This document shows positions 30,501 to 41,164 of a stretch of 64,000 nt of DNA, piece after piece. The stretch covers positions 1,364,001 to 1,428,000 of the forward strand of contig CP128815.1 in the NCBI GenBank assembly GCA_051546255.1, in the 5' to 3' direction. The position numbers were made by a program, and so were the translations under genes. The notes under the pieces are model-generated. The model made no database searches and was not told the origin of the DNA. It was given only the letters and a program-made list of their open reading frames with translations. The stretch is from Meyerozyma guilliermondii (Eukaryota). Numbering within the stretch: position 1 is the first letter of the stretch; every line of letters starts with the position of its first letter.

Positions 30501-31034
30501 TAAATTTGCCGAGTCCTCTAGCTGGTATAAATCGGCTTTTGAAATATTCACTTCCACACGAATGGAGTTCAACCTTTCGTCGTCAATTTTTTTGCCAACG
30601 ATTATCACCACAAGACGAATGCGTGAAGGTGTATACACTGCTTTCATCTCTTTTAAGCGTTGTACAAGTTCGACGTTGTCTTCAATAATACAAACGACTG
30701 CAAATGGATGCTTTTCGTAGTACTTTCGGAACCACTTTTGAGAAAGAATTCCGTTGGGGAAAAGATCTGATTTGGGATTGAAAGGTGATAAGACCAGGTG
30801 GCCATCGCTCTCGGTCATGAACTCGTCATATACCCCTTGCTGGTGATAAAACTTGATTATATACTTGAGACTCAGCAATCGGTTTTTCAAAATGGAATTG
30901 TCCCAGACACATGAGCCCAAGTTGTACTGAGAAAATGCATCATTCAAGGTATCCACTACTGTGTTGTTCGCCGTAGAATGGACCACGAGCAATGGCGAAG
31001 CTTGGCGGAAAAAAACCAGATCGTAATTATCCAT
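27522..31034 (-). CDS. TRAPPC11-like (foie gras / gryzun) large trafficking protein
   Basis: About 1170 aa with [46 protein letters not shown] and a C-terminal Ig-like segment [13 protein letters not shown]...VLPFNRH, which I recall from fungal TRAPPC11. Confidence 0.75.
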   Translation of the reverse strand: MDNYDLVFFRQASPLLVVHSTANNTVVDTLNDAFSQYNLGSCVWDNSILKNRLLSLKYIIKFYHQQGVYDEFMTESDGHLVLSPFNPKSDLFPNGILSQKWFRKYYEKHPFAVVCIIEDNVELVQRLKEMKAVYTPSRIRLVVIIVGKKIDDERLNSIRVEVNISKADLYQLEDSANLQKDSETIVATITSTIKANASSFYSDIQHRIKQRHKKYYTLAESTDIDTKITLTPRFLETRNLIKEAIINEFISPHNMEPTLSTFETAYQNLIELLDENFPASIISELFDHDKELMLQLQNLIDTVAFHIVRGYLSVEKPVVALKKHTAHVVNVTEVLGSSRQKWLSSQYEWLAELMSTVPPSILNQTDAKQLKKTKNKLPTMPFFGGFQFFDGDYYDVYSHPGLIFMKAASLLNDDSIHRAELLEQASSLFKSDSETISGAANKKPSTGFLQYLDWELAQTFEKLLPKGDKALQYYETCFSYSDRKSNWSNLDSALVTKLMREYELRNDTHKLVTTAIRAASMKGISKFSIHTKKIPMDSVVLANDYDVIKVDILCFKDLNSRSLSVFEPLGTQMSIKPLIDLAKLQDILNVDDKLSLTINSLSVNYQKIDGQGKGNMKKVVVTHAPSSNPDLCPMIPDLKDEDETLEGLVNLTMNSDTKLSKVVQVFQPCQRAGTYIVSSVDVQLVISDVNGSVKIIQDKLIIIDALQLRPEIWHHDWVYVTDKDSKVAKRIPIRLHHDPPYMARVTLLKPKVTVSTQPTNIKGIVLGEKVTIPFNISHEMIGENKINYGKVQLSAKVDIIGGLDGEKDFITTQVNWDNLKDDEYLSLDDLSAKNGSEEHKLNIALHTRPNGPSLDSKSYKMNISMQTWVKDSQPEATSEEDDAEIAVYDTALFVYPIINKPLRCGFSVFPRYRNEGTSDMPCPFVVLDGEEAQPTSMPIVTRLWQGSLRLAPVEDCFDGQLPEIVKTTFNIRTKNQEVNIEKLGDVEENGDTMSQLFTSRSKSGSHRNVLVSTSVVIEWKRPGQHERTNFFETEEWEIALPLSDPRVLLEIEEEDTQSVKLKYILENPTPRIFTFTTLLAPNETTDGTSWDVSDTRNTLPLEQPAFPVLPFNRHTMVYYCRCSNESETVDLPRFKVYDVHFKVFLPTLVVTRKARVVNKCLKWIKKSGTS

Positions 31035-31142
31035 AATCGGCACGCGGATAGAAACTGGATTCACCTTCAACTGCGTAAGTGTGGGTGCACCGGTGTACAA
31101 AGATATCATGAGTTCGCGAGATTTGAGCGAAAAAGTTCAGAT

Positions 31143-31763
31143 ATGTCAGATCCGATCAATGCCAACCCCACGGTTATTGATACCTCCCAGTTGCCCACGC
31201 GGCTCGGAAAGGGCTCTCGGGAGCTCAAGCCGTGTGACAAACTAGTACTGAAGATTTTAAACTTATCGTTGTTGAAACCAGCAGATGAGTCAGCAGAAAG
31301 CGATGACCAAATACCTGATTTGATGTCTGATGTTGATTCAGAATCTACTGACGATGAGCTAGAAGGTGCCGACAACGAGGGTATAGACTCCCAAGAGATT
31401 TTTGACTTGATATCGACGATTTCCGACCCTGAACATCCTTTGACACTAGCACAACTCGCCGTAGTCAACCTTGAAGACATACAAGTTTCAGATAATGCTG
31501 GAGCGATTTCTGAGGTTTTGGTGAAGATCACTCCCACTATCACACATTGCTCGCTTGCCACATTGATTGGTTTGGGAATAAGAGTTCGTTTGGAACGCAG
31601 TTTACCAGCTCGGTTTCGCATTAGAATCTTGATTAAAGAAGGCACTCACCAGTCTGAAAACCAAGTGAACAAGCAACTTAACGACAAGGAGCGTGTAGCC
31701 GCGGCGTGTGAGAATGAGCAGTTGTTGGGAGTTATTCTGCAGATGCTCAGCACTTGCAAGTGA
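31143..31763 (+). CDS. CIA2: Cytosolic Fe-S assembly factor Cia2 (FAM96B/MIP18)
   Basis: [36 protein letters not shown] and [16 protein letters not shown]. Confidence 0.95.
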   Translation: MSDPINANPTVIDTSQLPTRLGKGSRELKPCDKLVLKILNLSLLKPADESAESDDQIPDLMSDVDSESTDDELEGADNEGIDSQEIFDLISTISDPEHPLTLAQLAVVNLEDIQVSDNAGAISEVLVKITPTITHCSLATLIGLGIRVRLERSLPARFRIRILIKEGTHQSENQVNKQLNDKERVAAACENEQLLGVILQMLSTCK

Positions 31764-31834
31764 GGCAATTTCATCTACGCTCGAATGCCGGTTATTTGAG
31801 AGTGGTATTAATACATATAGTACATAATTTAACA

Positions 31835-33082
31835 TTAACATTTTCTTGACATTTCACGAGCTTTAGAGATGGAACATGATGTGGTCAAATGATACATGTC
31901 GACAACCACCATTCGCAACACATACATCTTGATAAATTCAAGAAATCGTATGATAGCTCTGATGTTGGCTGTTCTTTCTGCTAAGATGAGATAGTTTTCC
32001 ACTAATTCTTTCGTGCGCAACAACTGGGAGTAGTATTCATATTTGTCACGCTGGTTCTCCTGTCGCTGTAAGGGCGACAAAGCCACGGGAGAAGGCTGTT
32101 GGTACTGGAATACGCGATTTTCGTCGATGGGTGTTGAGGGAAGGGTGGTGCTTGTTCTGCGTCTGGAGGCATTTGAATGCGATGTCATGGACGTACTGAC
32201 GCTATTTCTGTTGCTGGCGGCGGTGCTGTTCCTATTGGTCGCCAGGTACAGACTGCGAGAGCTGTTGGTGAAGCTATTAGGCGACGATATAACCGAAGAA
32301 AACGAGCTATGAGAATCTCGAGTTTTCTTGATTTTGTTGTACAACTTCGATTTCTGAAGAAACCCTTGTTTCTTCACGGTCTCTGGCTCTTCTGGAGAGG
32401 ACGTCAGGTGCTGGTCGTTGCCATTTACGGTTGGTTCGTTCATGTTTCCCAAAAACATCAGAAACCGCTTGCGCAGATTGGCACCAGGGCTACGTTTAAC
32501 ATTGGTGTTCCGCAACGAATTCAGTGACGACTGGTTGGATCTGGTTCGTATCACCGGAGACGATCCCAAAGTCGACTCCTCACCAAATTCATTATCCTCG
32601 TCTTCTTCCTGGAGTGACATGGGCTGTGAAGCATAAATAGGTTCGGTGTCGATGGACTGAGGTAGTTCCAAAAAATTGTACGCCGCAATGATCTTTTCAT
32701 AGTATGTTAGCGCACCGTCATCAGCGAACAACGCGTCGTCACCGCTGGAAGTTGACCGTAAGTATTCATTTTCAAGCATATTGTTGATGTCTTCGAGAAT
32801 GGGAGTCTTCGCCTTCACATCTTTAATGGTGACATCATCTCGAAGCCAAGCATCCGATGCAATGGCTATGTCTGGAAGAATCTCTGTAACGTTTCTTCGT
32901 GACTCGACCTCGTCTTTGGACCGTTTATTGATATTTTGCGTGTCTAATATCTTCATCTTATCCGGCAAGTTAAGAGCTCTGGATAAGAATAATGGTATGT
33001 GTTCATAGTTCCTCGCTTCAAAAGGAATGCCAAGAGACAACGCGTCGAACCGCATCGCGACCTCGGACTCCACCATGGTCAT
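31835..33082 (-). CDS. Hypothetical Ser/Asn-rich protein
   Basis: 415-codon ATG-started ORF with a low-complexity middle and a helical C-terminal block; no family recognised. Confidence 0.75.
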   Translation of the reverse strand: MTMVESEVAMRFDALSLGIPFEARNYEHIPLFLSRALNLPDKMKILDTQNINKRSKDEVESRRNVTEILPDIAIASDAWLRDDVTIKDVKAKTPILEDINNMLENEYLRSTSSGDDALFADDGALTYYEKIIAAYNFLELPQSIDTEPIYASQPMSLQEEDEDNEFGEESTLGSSPVIRTRSNQSSLNSLRNTNVKRSPGANLRKRFLMFLGNMNEPTVNGNDQHLTSSPEEPETVKKQGFLQKSKLYNKIKKTRDSHSSFSSVISSPNSFTNSSRSLYLATNRNSTAASNRNSVSTSMTSHSNASRRRTSTTLPSTPIDENRVFQYQQPSPVALSPLQRQENQRDKYEYYSQLLRTKELVENYLILAERTANIRAIIRFLEFIKMYVLRMVVVDMYHLTTSCSISKAREMSRKC

Positions 33083-33504
33083 AATTAATTGGAATTAATT
33101 GCTGTTGTAATTATTTTGACACTGCGGCTGAACAATGCATGAACCAACGACACAAATGTCGCCTGTGCGAAAACGCCTATCGGGTCATGTGACATGTCAT
33201 GTGAATACAGACCATTGTACTTGAAATAACAGCCATTACTTTCGGTGACCTTCTCTGCGCTTTGTATACATCAAACAAAACTCTATAATATTACTGAAGT
33301 TTACTACACTTACTTTTTATATGGTTTCAATGATCAATTATTGATTCCTGCATATACTCCATACTGTGAAGCGGTTGAATTGAATTGCTAGCCGACTGCG
33401 ATAACCACAACAAACTGCCATAAAAGGTCTGATAAGAATTACCAAAAAAGTACATAAACTGCACGGGGAGAACTCTATAGGCGGCGTCTTCTTCTAATTT
33501 CTAT

Positions 33505-34701
33505 ATGTTTCAATCTAACCGTCCCAAGTTCAGCTTGGACCTCACCATAAAAGAGCTCTCCAATATTCCTCAAATAAAAGGCTCTTGTTATGTGGACATT
33601 CAAATCCGGGAGAGCCCGGGAATGAAATCGTTTCCTACGTTTAAACACAAGACTTTACACCATTTCGACACAGGATCCAATGGCGAATCCAAATCTTCAT
33701 CGCAACCTGAAGAATCGCAAACTTCAGTTTCGTCAAATCTGATTTCAGTTCATACTGCGAACAAACATATCCATAATTTCAAATGTGCATTCAATTATAA
33801 CCTCCGGTGTAACTTGCGATTCCCGCTCAACAAAAAGGAGAATTTGATAGGAAACAAATACCTCATGATGAAAGTATACTATGTTGATGATTCTCACGAT
33901 TCGTCGAGTATTAGTCACCACGCTACCGAGTTGGGACGTTTGGAATTGAACTTGTCGGAATACTTGAACTTCGACGAACCGACAACCTCGAAATACTTGC
34001 TACAGAATTCAAAGGTGAACTCAATCATGACGTTGGTGGTGTACCTTGACGAACTTCCTGCCGACTACGACTTCCACACCCAGCTCCAGATCACCGATAA
34101 TGCATCTTCTGCCAACTCTAGCAGAACCTCCACCCAGTTGAGCCGTGGTGCCACGAAGAAGAAGCTGTTTAATGTGCCGCAATTTGAGAAGAATAAGGTG
34201 TTTAGCGGGTTTAATGGAGTATTGGGAGGTCAAACCAATGGCAAAAATTCCCCTAAATCAAGTGCTCTGGAGACCTCGTCGGTTAACAGTGACGGTGAAG
34301 AACGACCAGAACGTAGCTCACGAAAAAAATCTGGAAATCGTAGTGGTGAGCTGCATAGGGAAGTACGCTCAAAGAACGAGGAAGCCCAGGTAACTGAAAA
34401 GGGAGCGTTCATGATGGACCCAACTATCAGTAATCTTTACAAAAAGATTTTGGAATCTACTTGGGATCCAGAGCTCCATAAACTTCTACAATTCGACCCA
34501 GAAATGTGTATCGAGGATATCTTTAAAAACGGCGGTGATGGCTGGAACCAGTACTTGTCGCAGAACTTTGGTACATGGGAAGGTGACGAGCATGAGGGTG
34601 ATGAAGACTATTATACCGTGAACGGATTGATCGATGAACCCAAGTACAGAGACGATTTAAAGAGCTGGAATGTCGATGTGAACAAGGTGCTTTCAAAGTA
34701 G
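33505..34701 (+). CDS. NT-C2 (EEIG1/EHBP1 N-terminal C2) domain protein, YBL086C-like
   Basis: RPKFSLDLTIKELSNIP, LGRLELNLSEY and KYLLQNSKVNS; C-terminal CIEDIF...DDLKSW. Confidence 0.8.
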   Translation: MFQSNRPKFSLDLTIKELSNIPQIKGSCYVDIQIRESPGMKSFPTFKHKTLHHFDTGSNGESKSSSQPEESQTSVSSNLISVHTANKHIHNFKCAFNYNLRCNLRFPLNKKENLIGNKYLMMKVYYVDDSHDSSSISHHATELGRLELNLSEYLNFDEPTTSKYLLQNSKVNSIMTLVVYLDELPADYDFHTQLQITDNASSANSSRTSTQLSRGATKKKLFNVPQFEKNKVFSGFNGVLGGQTNGKNSPKSSALETSSVNSDGEERPERSSRKKSGNRSGELHREVRSKNEEAQVTEKGAFMMDPTISNLYKKILESTWDPELHKLLQFDPEMCIEDIFKNGGDGWNQYLSQNFGTWEGDEHEGDEDYYTVNGLIDEPKYRDDLKSWNVDVNKVLSK

Positions 34702-34801
34702 TTTGATACCCAGCATATTTTTACGAGTGACGAAACATGCCAAACTTTACAAATCTCTACATGCATTAGCGTTTTATGGCATTAATATATTACAAACCGT
34801 C

Positions 34802-35272
34802 CTATAATTTCCCCCCGTTGGATGTAGAATGCTGCTGTTGGTTATTGTGGCGACGATTGTGCTGGTTGTTGTATCCGCCGTTTCGGTTGGGTCCGTGGCC
34901 TCTTCTATTTGAATTGAAGTTGGGGCCACCGCCTCTTCTCTTTTGGGTTCTGTTACGTTGTTCCATATTGATGAGATTCTGTTCCTTGGCATGGTCCATG
35001 ATTTCATCTGGCATTCTCATATATTTGATATGGATGCCTCTGATGTAGATTTCTGGGAGTTTCAAGAACTCGTCACCGCTGGCAGAAGACTGAATTACAT
35101 CTTTTAATGTCAAATTCATCCAAGAATCACAGTTCAAAAGAAGTCCATTTAACGTTTCTCCATTTTTTAGTTCGACCAATATGGGCAGGTTTTTCGCTGC
35201 TGTTAACAAATACAAAGGTAACTGGGTTAGTTTTGGGCTGTGAGGAGGCCATCTTTACGAACAACTTACCAT
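34802..35272 (-). CDS. LSM4: Lsm4; exon 1 is the ATG only (35270-35272), exon 2 is 34802-35221
   Basis: Splicing ATG | GTAAGT...ACTAACCCAG | TTA CCT TTG TAT gives MLPLYLLTAAK. Also LVELKNGETLNG, YIRGIHIKY and an N/Q/R/G-rich tail. Confidence 0.95.
35222..35269 (-). other. 48-nt spliceosomal intron of LSM4
   Basis: Donor GTAAGT at 35269, branch point ACTAAC at 35226-35231, acceptor CAG at 35222-35224; contains an in-frame TAA if retained. Confidence 0.9.
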
Positions 35273-35433
35273 AGCTGCGATGATGAATTCAAGGACTGTC
35301 GACTGAGTTCACCTCAATCTCCGGTTGCGGCACGACACTTTTGAAGAGTTGCGCGGTTCAGGTCAAAGTCGCACAGGTCGAGTTTACTTCTCTCTCATTT
35401 TATTACAATTTTTATTACCAGAACAAAGCACAA

Positions 35434-37542
35434 TTAGGCATCTTCGACGTCAGTTGGAGGTACGGAATTTCCTCTCAATGTCAACGGATAGTGCTCATTA
35501 TCATCTTCATCATCATCTTGCTGGTGGCCGCCCAATTTGAACCCAATGTAGTCTTCGGAATCAAAGTGCTGTGCTGCCTCTTGCAAAGACCCCAAATCTC
35601 CAGGGGTCATGATTCCCACCTTGCCTCTTGGCGAGCCTGGAACAGACAATGGTCTGGTGAGCTTGAGGTTTTCGGTGTTGTTGAATGGGTTGGCTCCATT
35701 CTTGAACTTGTCGGGATATGCTCTCTTCAACGACAATTGTCTTGCCTTGATATATTCCAAGCCCATACGCTTCCAGTCCAACAAGTCAGACAACCGCTCG
35801 GTACGGTTCCGCTGGTTGATTCTCTGCCGTCTTGTCTTCATGGAGAAGTCGTACATACAATCTGCCAATTGGTTGATCGATTCATCCACCGACTTCATTC
35901 TTCTGTCGACAATGTAGATTCCGTAGTCGGAGGTGTTTTCGATCAAATCTTCCATGTAACACCCGAATCCTGACAAGTTGGTGGTGATGGAAGGAACTCC
36001 CATGACAGTACATTCGGCTGGAGTATAACCCCATGGTTCATAGTATGATGGGAACACACCCAAGTGACAGCCTCTGACGAATTCGTCGTAGTCCAAAGAC
36101 AAGATAGGGTTGTTTGCGTTCAAGAATTCTGGATGAAAGATTATCTTCACTCTGTCTTCGGGCTTGTTGAATAATTGTACTCTTCTAATGTGGTTCAACA
36201 CAGGATCTGAAGCGTCGTCGGCCATGTTGTGGGTGACAATTGGTGGAAGACCATCTCTCTTCAAGGCGAAAATACGTCTTTTCAACAAAACCCGATCAGC
36301 AGGTTTGATCAATTCGTCAATTGATGGCACTTCCTTTCCTTGTGTAGTAGCAATAGAGTGGTCGTTGGGGAATCTGGCACAATGCTCAAACAATCTCTCG
36401 CCAACTTTCTTTTGAACTTCCTCAATTGTGCTTTCCAATTGCTTGATTACAGCCTGACCTTTTAAGGTCTCCACGGTGTACGAATGTGACTTTCCAGGCA
36501 TGATAATGAAGGCAACTACCGTGGTCTTCGAGCCAGATTCTTTCAAACGATGGTTCAATCTGGCCAATGCCTCGATGAAAAAATCGCAACCTTTGTTTCT
36601 GAACTCGTATCTTCCAGCAATGAAAAAATACAAGGTATTGTCCAAGTCAAAGTCGTAATTGCCGTAGAAATGGCCCTTGACAAACTCGTTGATTTTGGCC
36701 TTTTTGAGGGCATGCAAGTTCTGGAACTCATGCACCGCTTGAAACTTGACCACATTCAAACCATTGGGAAGAACACCATCTGGCTTTCTTTTCAACAAAT
36801 GCTCAGACTCATAGGCGGTAATGTGCGACACCGTCGTGAACACATCAGCTGAGTGTGTTGCTGCTCTTTCAATGCAGTAACGATGGTAAATGCCTCTTTT
36901 TCCAGCTTCGGCGTCAACGTCAAAGTTGGACAAATTGTTGTAAAAATCTGTCGAACCAGCACACAAGTAACGGCCCAAGAGAGTAGCATGGGTGGTGAAG
37001 ATGGTAGTGACATCAATTCTTCTTTTTCTGCACAAGGGCAAGGCCACACCTGCTAACCATTCGTGACAATGGCAGATAACCGCACGTTCTTGGTCGTGAT
37101 ATACCAATTCTCCCAAAAACCACGCAACCAAATAACCCAACAAAATGGCATCGTTGCTCTCCTGGTCATGGTCAGGGGTGGGAATTCCAGCAAGGTTCCA
37201 CAAATCAGATTTCCATTCGTTGAGATGATGGCCCGCCGAATGGATATCGAAAAGAAGCACTCGGGGAGCTCCTTCGATCAACCACCGACCATAGAGCCAC
37301 TTGATGCCTCTCTCACTCATGGAGTCGAGAGCCGCCTTAATTTTGGGGTCTTTCACCGGCAATTCTTCGACTTCAATTTGCGCCGAACTGTAATTCAATG
37401 GTCCAATTAATGTGTATCTTTCTCGATATTCTGCCACTGTAATGGGAGCTTTCGACTTGAGCACCGAGTAAATGCCTCCCACCTTGTGAGCGACCTCGGT
37501 GGCCACTTCAAATAGAAGATGGCTGTTGATATCTCTGGTCAT
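35434..37542 (-). CDS. GSY1: Glycogen synthase
   Basis: [41 protein letters not shown] and the phospho-regulated tail [10 protein letters not shown]...MTPGDL. First ATG at 37542. Confidence 0.97.
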   Translation of the reverse strand: MTRDINSHLLFEVATEVAHKVGGIYSVLKSKAPITVAEYRERYTLIGPLNYSSAQIEVEELPVKDPKIKAALDSMSERGIKWLYGRWLIEGAPRVLLFDIHSAGHHLNEWKSDLWNLAGIPTPDHDQESNDAILLGYLVAWFLGELVYHDQERAVICHCHEWLAGVALPLCRKRRIDVTTIFTTHATLLGRYLCAGSTDFYNNLSNFDVDAEAGKRGIYHRYCIERAATHSADVFTTVSHITAYESEHLLKRKPDGVLPNGLNVVKFQAVHEFQNLHALKKAKINEFVKGHFYGNYDFDLDNTLYFFIAGRYEFRNKGCDFFIEALARLNHRLKESGSKTTVVAFIIMPGKSHSYTVETLKGQAVIKQLESTIEEVQKKVGERLFEHCARFPNDHSIATTQGKEVPSIDELIKPADRVLLKRRIFALKRDGLPPIVTHNMADDASDPVLNHIRRVQLFNKPEDRVKIIFHPEFLNANNPILSLDYDEFVRGCHLGVFPSYYEPWGYTPAECTVMGVPSITTNLSGFGCYMEDLIENTSDYGIYIVDRRMKSVDESINQLADCMYDFSMKTRRQRINQRNRTERLSDLLDWKRMGLEYIKARQLSLKRAYPDKFKNGANPFNNTENLKLTRPLSVPGSPRGKVGIMTPGDLGSLQEAAQHFDSEDYIGFKLGGHQQDDDEDDNEHYPLTLRGNSVPPTDVEDA

Positions 37543-37579
37543 TTTCTGTGAAAATGATGGCTGGAAATTACGGTTGCGA

Positions 37580-38093
37580 AGGGGATTTTCTTCACGAGTC
37601 AATCACAATTCAGAAACAACAAAATGTATCGCAAGTAAATCCTGGTGCACTATGATTGGTGGGGACACAAATATCAACGAAAAAAGCGCTTATTGTTCGA
37701 GATTTATAGCCGACCCGTCCAGTGGTTACCGGGAAGTGGGGGGTTCACCAGCAATATGGGGAGAGTTCGTGCAGTATACAGGAATGACACAAAGATTGTT
37801 TCGGGGCGCCCCGATGCCGAATGCGGCAGGTACAATGCCTATGGGCCTTCGGAGTTTCGGAGAATCTTGAGACAACGCCAGTTATGGTCTATTTTATCGC
37901 TTTTCCTCATGGATGATTCTTGGATGACGGTAATTGAGAAAAGGAACCCACTGTATAAGTGGTCCATCTCCAGAGAGCGTCCCTGCATGGAGATTATGTG
38001 GGGAAGCATGCGGGGACATTCGCCAGCTCCCCTCCACTTAATTCTTCCAGTGGTGGGGTAAGTATCGAAATGTGCGGAAGAATGAATGTGGGG
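37580..38093. promoter_or_regulatory. Cluster of SYGGGG (Mig1/Adr1-type) boxes and STRE elements upstream of GSY1
   Basis: GTGGGG at 37659, 37736, 37998, 38053 and 38088; GCGGGG at 38010; AGGGG at 37580; CCCCT at 38029. Confidence 0.45.
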
Positions 38094-38296
38094 GCTCTTG
38101 TCCAGAATAGGTATTACCCTTTGCAATTGAGTGTTTAGAACTGATCATGGCGTTGCCAAAACCCTATAAAAGGTCCAAAAGTTGCAGATCATTTTTTCAC
38201 TCACTCGATTTTTCACTTAATTTTTCACTCTCAATTTTTGTCAATTGTCACTTTTTGCAGCCGGATCTCAGATACGAATTATGTATTTGGTATATG

Positions 38297-41035
38297 CTAG
38301 TTTTCGTCGCTGTCATCCAGTCCCTCTTCTTCGTCATCCTTGAATGCTCCGTTCATCTTCTTTTCCGGTACGATCCACCCTTCTTCATCCGAGTCCTCTT
38401 CCTCTCCATTCATTTCGTCGTCTTCTTCGCTCTCTTCATCTTTCATCGATCCATTCTCCTCCAAACCATTCTCTTCAATGGCCTGGGCAGACTGTAAATA
38501 CGACGCCAAGTGACCATTTCTCTTGGTTGTGTCCACAACATCTTTGGCAATTCTGTTAAGAAATCGCTGCAAAAGCCGTATCGAGCTAGCAAATTGATGC
38601 TTGTGACTAGATATGTATTTTCCGTGGCTCGTCACAAGACACTGGATCCACTTGACATTGAACTCCAAGTGAGGAGACTCCATTGCGATGCTGCCAATAA
38701 AGTTGAGAATTCGGTCCAAGTAGACTACTGGTAAATCTTCGCTCACCAATTGAATATCTTTGACCGGAACAGACTCGTAAACTCGTTGGATAAGGTAGTG
38801 TTCGTTGAGTCTGAACGCCATGACTAACGCAGTTAGGTATTCTTTTTCGCTGAGCGACTCTATGGTTGATTCCGGAGTGATATCCACGTCCAAATCGAAA
38901 GGATCAAAGATCAAAGACTCGTCAACCGAGTACACCAAAAGTCCCTCGGTAGAGGCAGCGGTAAAAGCTGAAGCAGTGGGTGAAAAAGAAACCGATGTGA
39001 CTCGTATTTGTGGTCGGACATTTCTCGCACTAGGATCTCCGCGATGAGATCCAGGAAGGCTAGTGTCAATACGGTCCTCCAAATCACTATTTTCTCCATC
39101 ACGATCTATCAAGTCAATAGCGCCAGCCTCTGTCATTCGCTTACTGTTCAACTGCTGAAGGGTTCCGTTGAATTGCATATTCTGAGACACTGTGAACCTC
39201 TTCAAAAGCACCTCATTCGAAATATCGTAGAGACACAAGGAGTTATTGTTTCCACCAGCAACCAAACTGAGCCCGTCAAAGGAATAATCAATGGTACTGA
39301 AATATGTTGCACGGGCGGAATTTTTGGCTTCAAATCTGTCCTCCAAATGCCTTCCCTTCAATATATCTTTTCTTGCGTCGATCAAATGTAATTGCTTGGC
39401 GTCTTCGATATCAAAAATGGTGATATGGCCATCCAAGGTGGATACAGCAACCTCTTTGGAGTCGGGACGCATGCAAATCCCCAACACATCCGATTGAACT
39501 TCTATGGGTTCAACGCTCTGGGTGCGTCCAAATATACTCCAGATACGTACAGTTCTGTCCCATGAAGCCGATGCCAACACAGAGTTTTCGCTGCCGAAAG
39601 CAAGGCACGAAACAGGTCCTTCGTGGCCAGAAAGAGAGTCGAGTAATTGTGCCGTTTGCACAGACCACACGAAAATTTCAAATGTATCTTGCGATCCAGC
39701 AACCACCACTTCTCCACTTGGATCTACTGCCAAGCAATTGAACTGTACTCTCTCGGTGGCTGTGAAGGTCCTGAAATTACGGAATCTTATTAAATCCCAA
39801 GCCCTTACCGTTCCGTCAAGTGAAGACGAGAAGAGTACCTGCCCTTTTTTGGCGAAGCTTAACCCTGTGACTGCGGCTGTGTGCTCTTGTAACGTCACCA
39901 AGCAGAATCCTGACACAACATCCCATACTTTAATCTTACCATCGTCAGAAGCAGATACAACACGAGAACCATCAGGCGAGTAACACACACAATTTGTGGA
40001 GTCAAAGTGACCTTGTTGCTTGAGAATATATGATTCCGATTGCCATTCGTACACGAGAAGCTGTCCCAAAGTTGAGGACCCAAAGGCGAGCCATTCACCT
40101 GACTTATTAATATTTACAGTGTTGACGGCATTCTGGCCCATGCTGAGTTTTTGAATCAAATTGAATTCTGGAAGCTCGTAGATACGAAACTCACCGTTGG
40201 TGAATCCCACAACCATGATATTAGATTCTGGGTGGAAAGTTGCACACCTGAGGTTGGCATCGGCATAAAAGAATGATTTTGCAGTAATTCGCCAGCTCAT
40301 AGGTTTGGTCTCTTCTTCCATATTCTCGTCTTCTTCATCTTCGCTTTCTTCATCGGACAGCTCTGATGGTCTTTCTGTGTATTCCCATTTGAAAAGGGCA
40401 CCATCCTTGCTCACTGTGTAAATAATTTCTTGCGTTGCGTTGAAAAATGCCTTGATTACATAGTCTCTGTGGCCCGCCAACGTCATCGCCACATCTTTTT
40501 CCTCGGACCGAAGCGAAAATATCTTCGTAGTCAAGTCTTTGGATGTGGAAACGAAGAATCGAGAGTCATTGGACCAGGTGACCGAAGTTACATCAGCATA
40601 GTGGCCAGCGTAATTACGATGTTTTACAAACGGAGCAAACTGTCGATCTTCAGAGAAATCTGGTGTCTTCCACGTTTGAATGAATCTGCCGGATGCCACG
40701 GCAAAGTAATGGCCGTCAGGACTGAATTGCAAGTCTGATACTTTGTCTTTGAAATTAAAGTGATGAAGCACGGTTCTCGCCACGTTATTAACCAAAATGG
40801 CCCGTCCATCTTCGTCCACCGAGAAAAGCAACGTACCGTTCTTATTCAATGCTATGCGGGCGATATTCTTGCGGTGTTCGTAGTCAAAAGTGAAAGATTT
40901 ATTGTTGACCAAATCGAAACAGGTGACTCTGTTTCCTACCGGACTGTAGAGCTTGGTGCCATCATCACTGTACACGATATTCCCCTGTCTATAGACCGTG
41001 CCTAGAAGGTTAGAGAACTTGAAGTCGGACTTCAT
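38297..41035 (-). CDS. PWP2: Pwp2/Utp1 WD40 SSU processome subunit
   Basis: MKSDFKFSNLLGTVYRQGN, LGQLLVYEWQSESYILKQQGH and RAWDLIRFRNFRTF. Confidence 0.97.
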   Translation of the reverse strand: MKSDFKFSNLLGTVYRQGNIVYSDDGTKLYSPVGNRVTCFDLVNNKSFTFDYEHRKNIARIALNKNGTLLFSVDEDGRAILVNNVARTVLHHFNFKDKVSDLQFSPDGHYFAVASGRFIQTWKTPDFSEDRQFAPFVKHRNYAGHYADVTSVTWSNDSRFFVSTSKDLTTKIFSLRSEEKDVAMTLAGHRDYVIKAFFNATQEIIYTVSKDGALFKWEYTERPSELSDEESEDEEDENMEEETKPMSWRITAKSFFYADANLRCATFHPESNIMVVGFTNGEFRIYELPEFNLIQKLSMGQNAVNTVNINKSGEWLAFGSSTLGQLLVYEWQSESYILKQQGHFDSTNCVCYSPDGSRVVSASDDGKIKVWDVVSGFCLVTLQEHTAAVTGLSFAKKGQVLFSSSLDGTVRAWDLIRFRNFRTFTATERVQFNCLAVDPSGEVVVAGSQDTFEIFVWSVQTAQLLDSLSGHEGPVSCLAFGSENSVLASASWDRTVRIWSIFGRTQSVEPIEVQSDVLGICMRPDSKEVAVSTLDGHITIFDIEDAKQLHLIDARKDILKGRHLEDRFEAKNSARATYFSTIDYSFDGLSLVAGGNNNSLCLYDISNEVLLKRFTVSQNMQFNGTLQQLNSKRMTEAGAIDLIDRDGENSDLEDRIDTSLPGSHRGDPSARNVRPQIRVTSVSFSPTASAFTAASTEGLLVYSVDESLIFDPFDLDVDITPESTIESLSEKEYLTALVMAFRLNEHYLIQRVYESVPVKDIQLVSEDLPVVYLDRILNFIGSIAMESPHLEFNVKWIQCLVTSHGKYISSHKHQFASSIRLLQRFLNRIAKDVVDTTKRNGHLASYLQSAQAIEENGLEENGSMKDEESEEDDEMNGEEEDSDEEGWIVPEKKMNGAFKDDEEEGLDDSDEN

Positions 41036-41072
41036 CTCAGTTTATGCGATGGTAGTCTATTTGCAGTTGGTC

Positions 41073-41096
41073 TGAGATGAGCATCTCAAAAAAATT
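41073..41096. promoter_or_regulatory. PAC and RRPE-like ribosome-biogenesis motifs in the divergent PWP2/MPP6 promoter
   Basis: TGAGATGAGCATCTCA contains the PAC core GATGAGC and is followed directly by AAAAAAATT. Confidence 0.6.
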
Positions 41097-41164
41097 CCAT
41101 AGACATTTTCTCGCGCGCACGAAGTGGGTTAACTTCAAATAATCAACGGTGACAATCGGCAGCC

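Noticed and set aside
37998..38094. G-quadruplex from four G-runs upstream of GSY1
   Set aside because: Two of the loops are 30 nt or longer; transcription-factor boxes explain the runs more simply.
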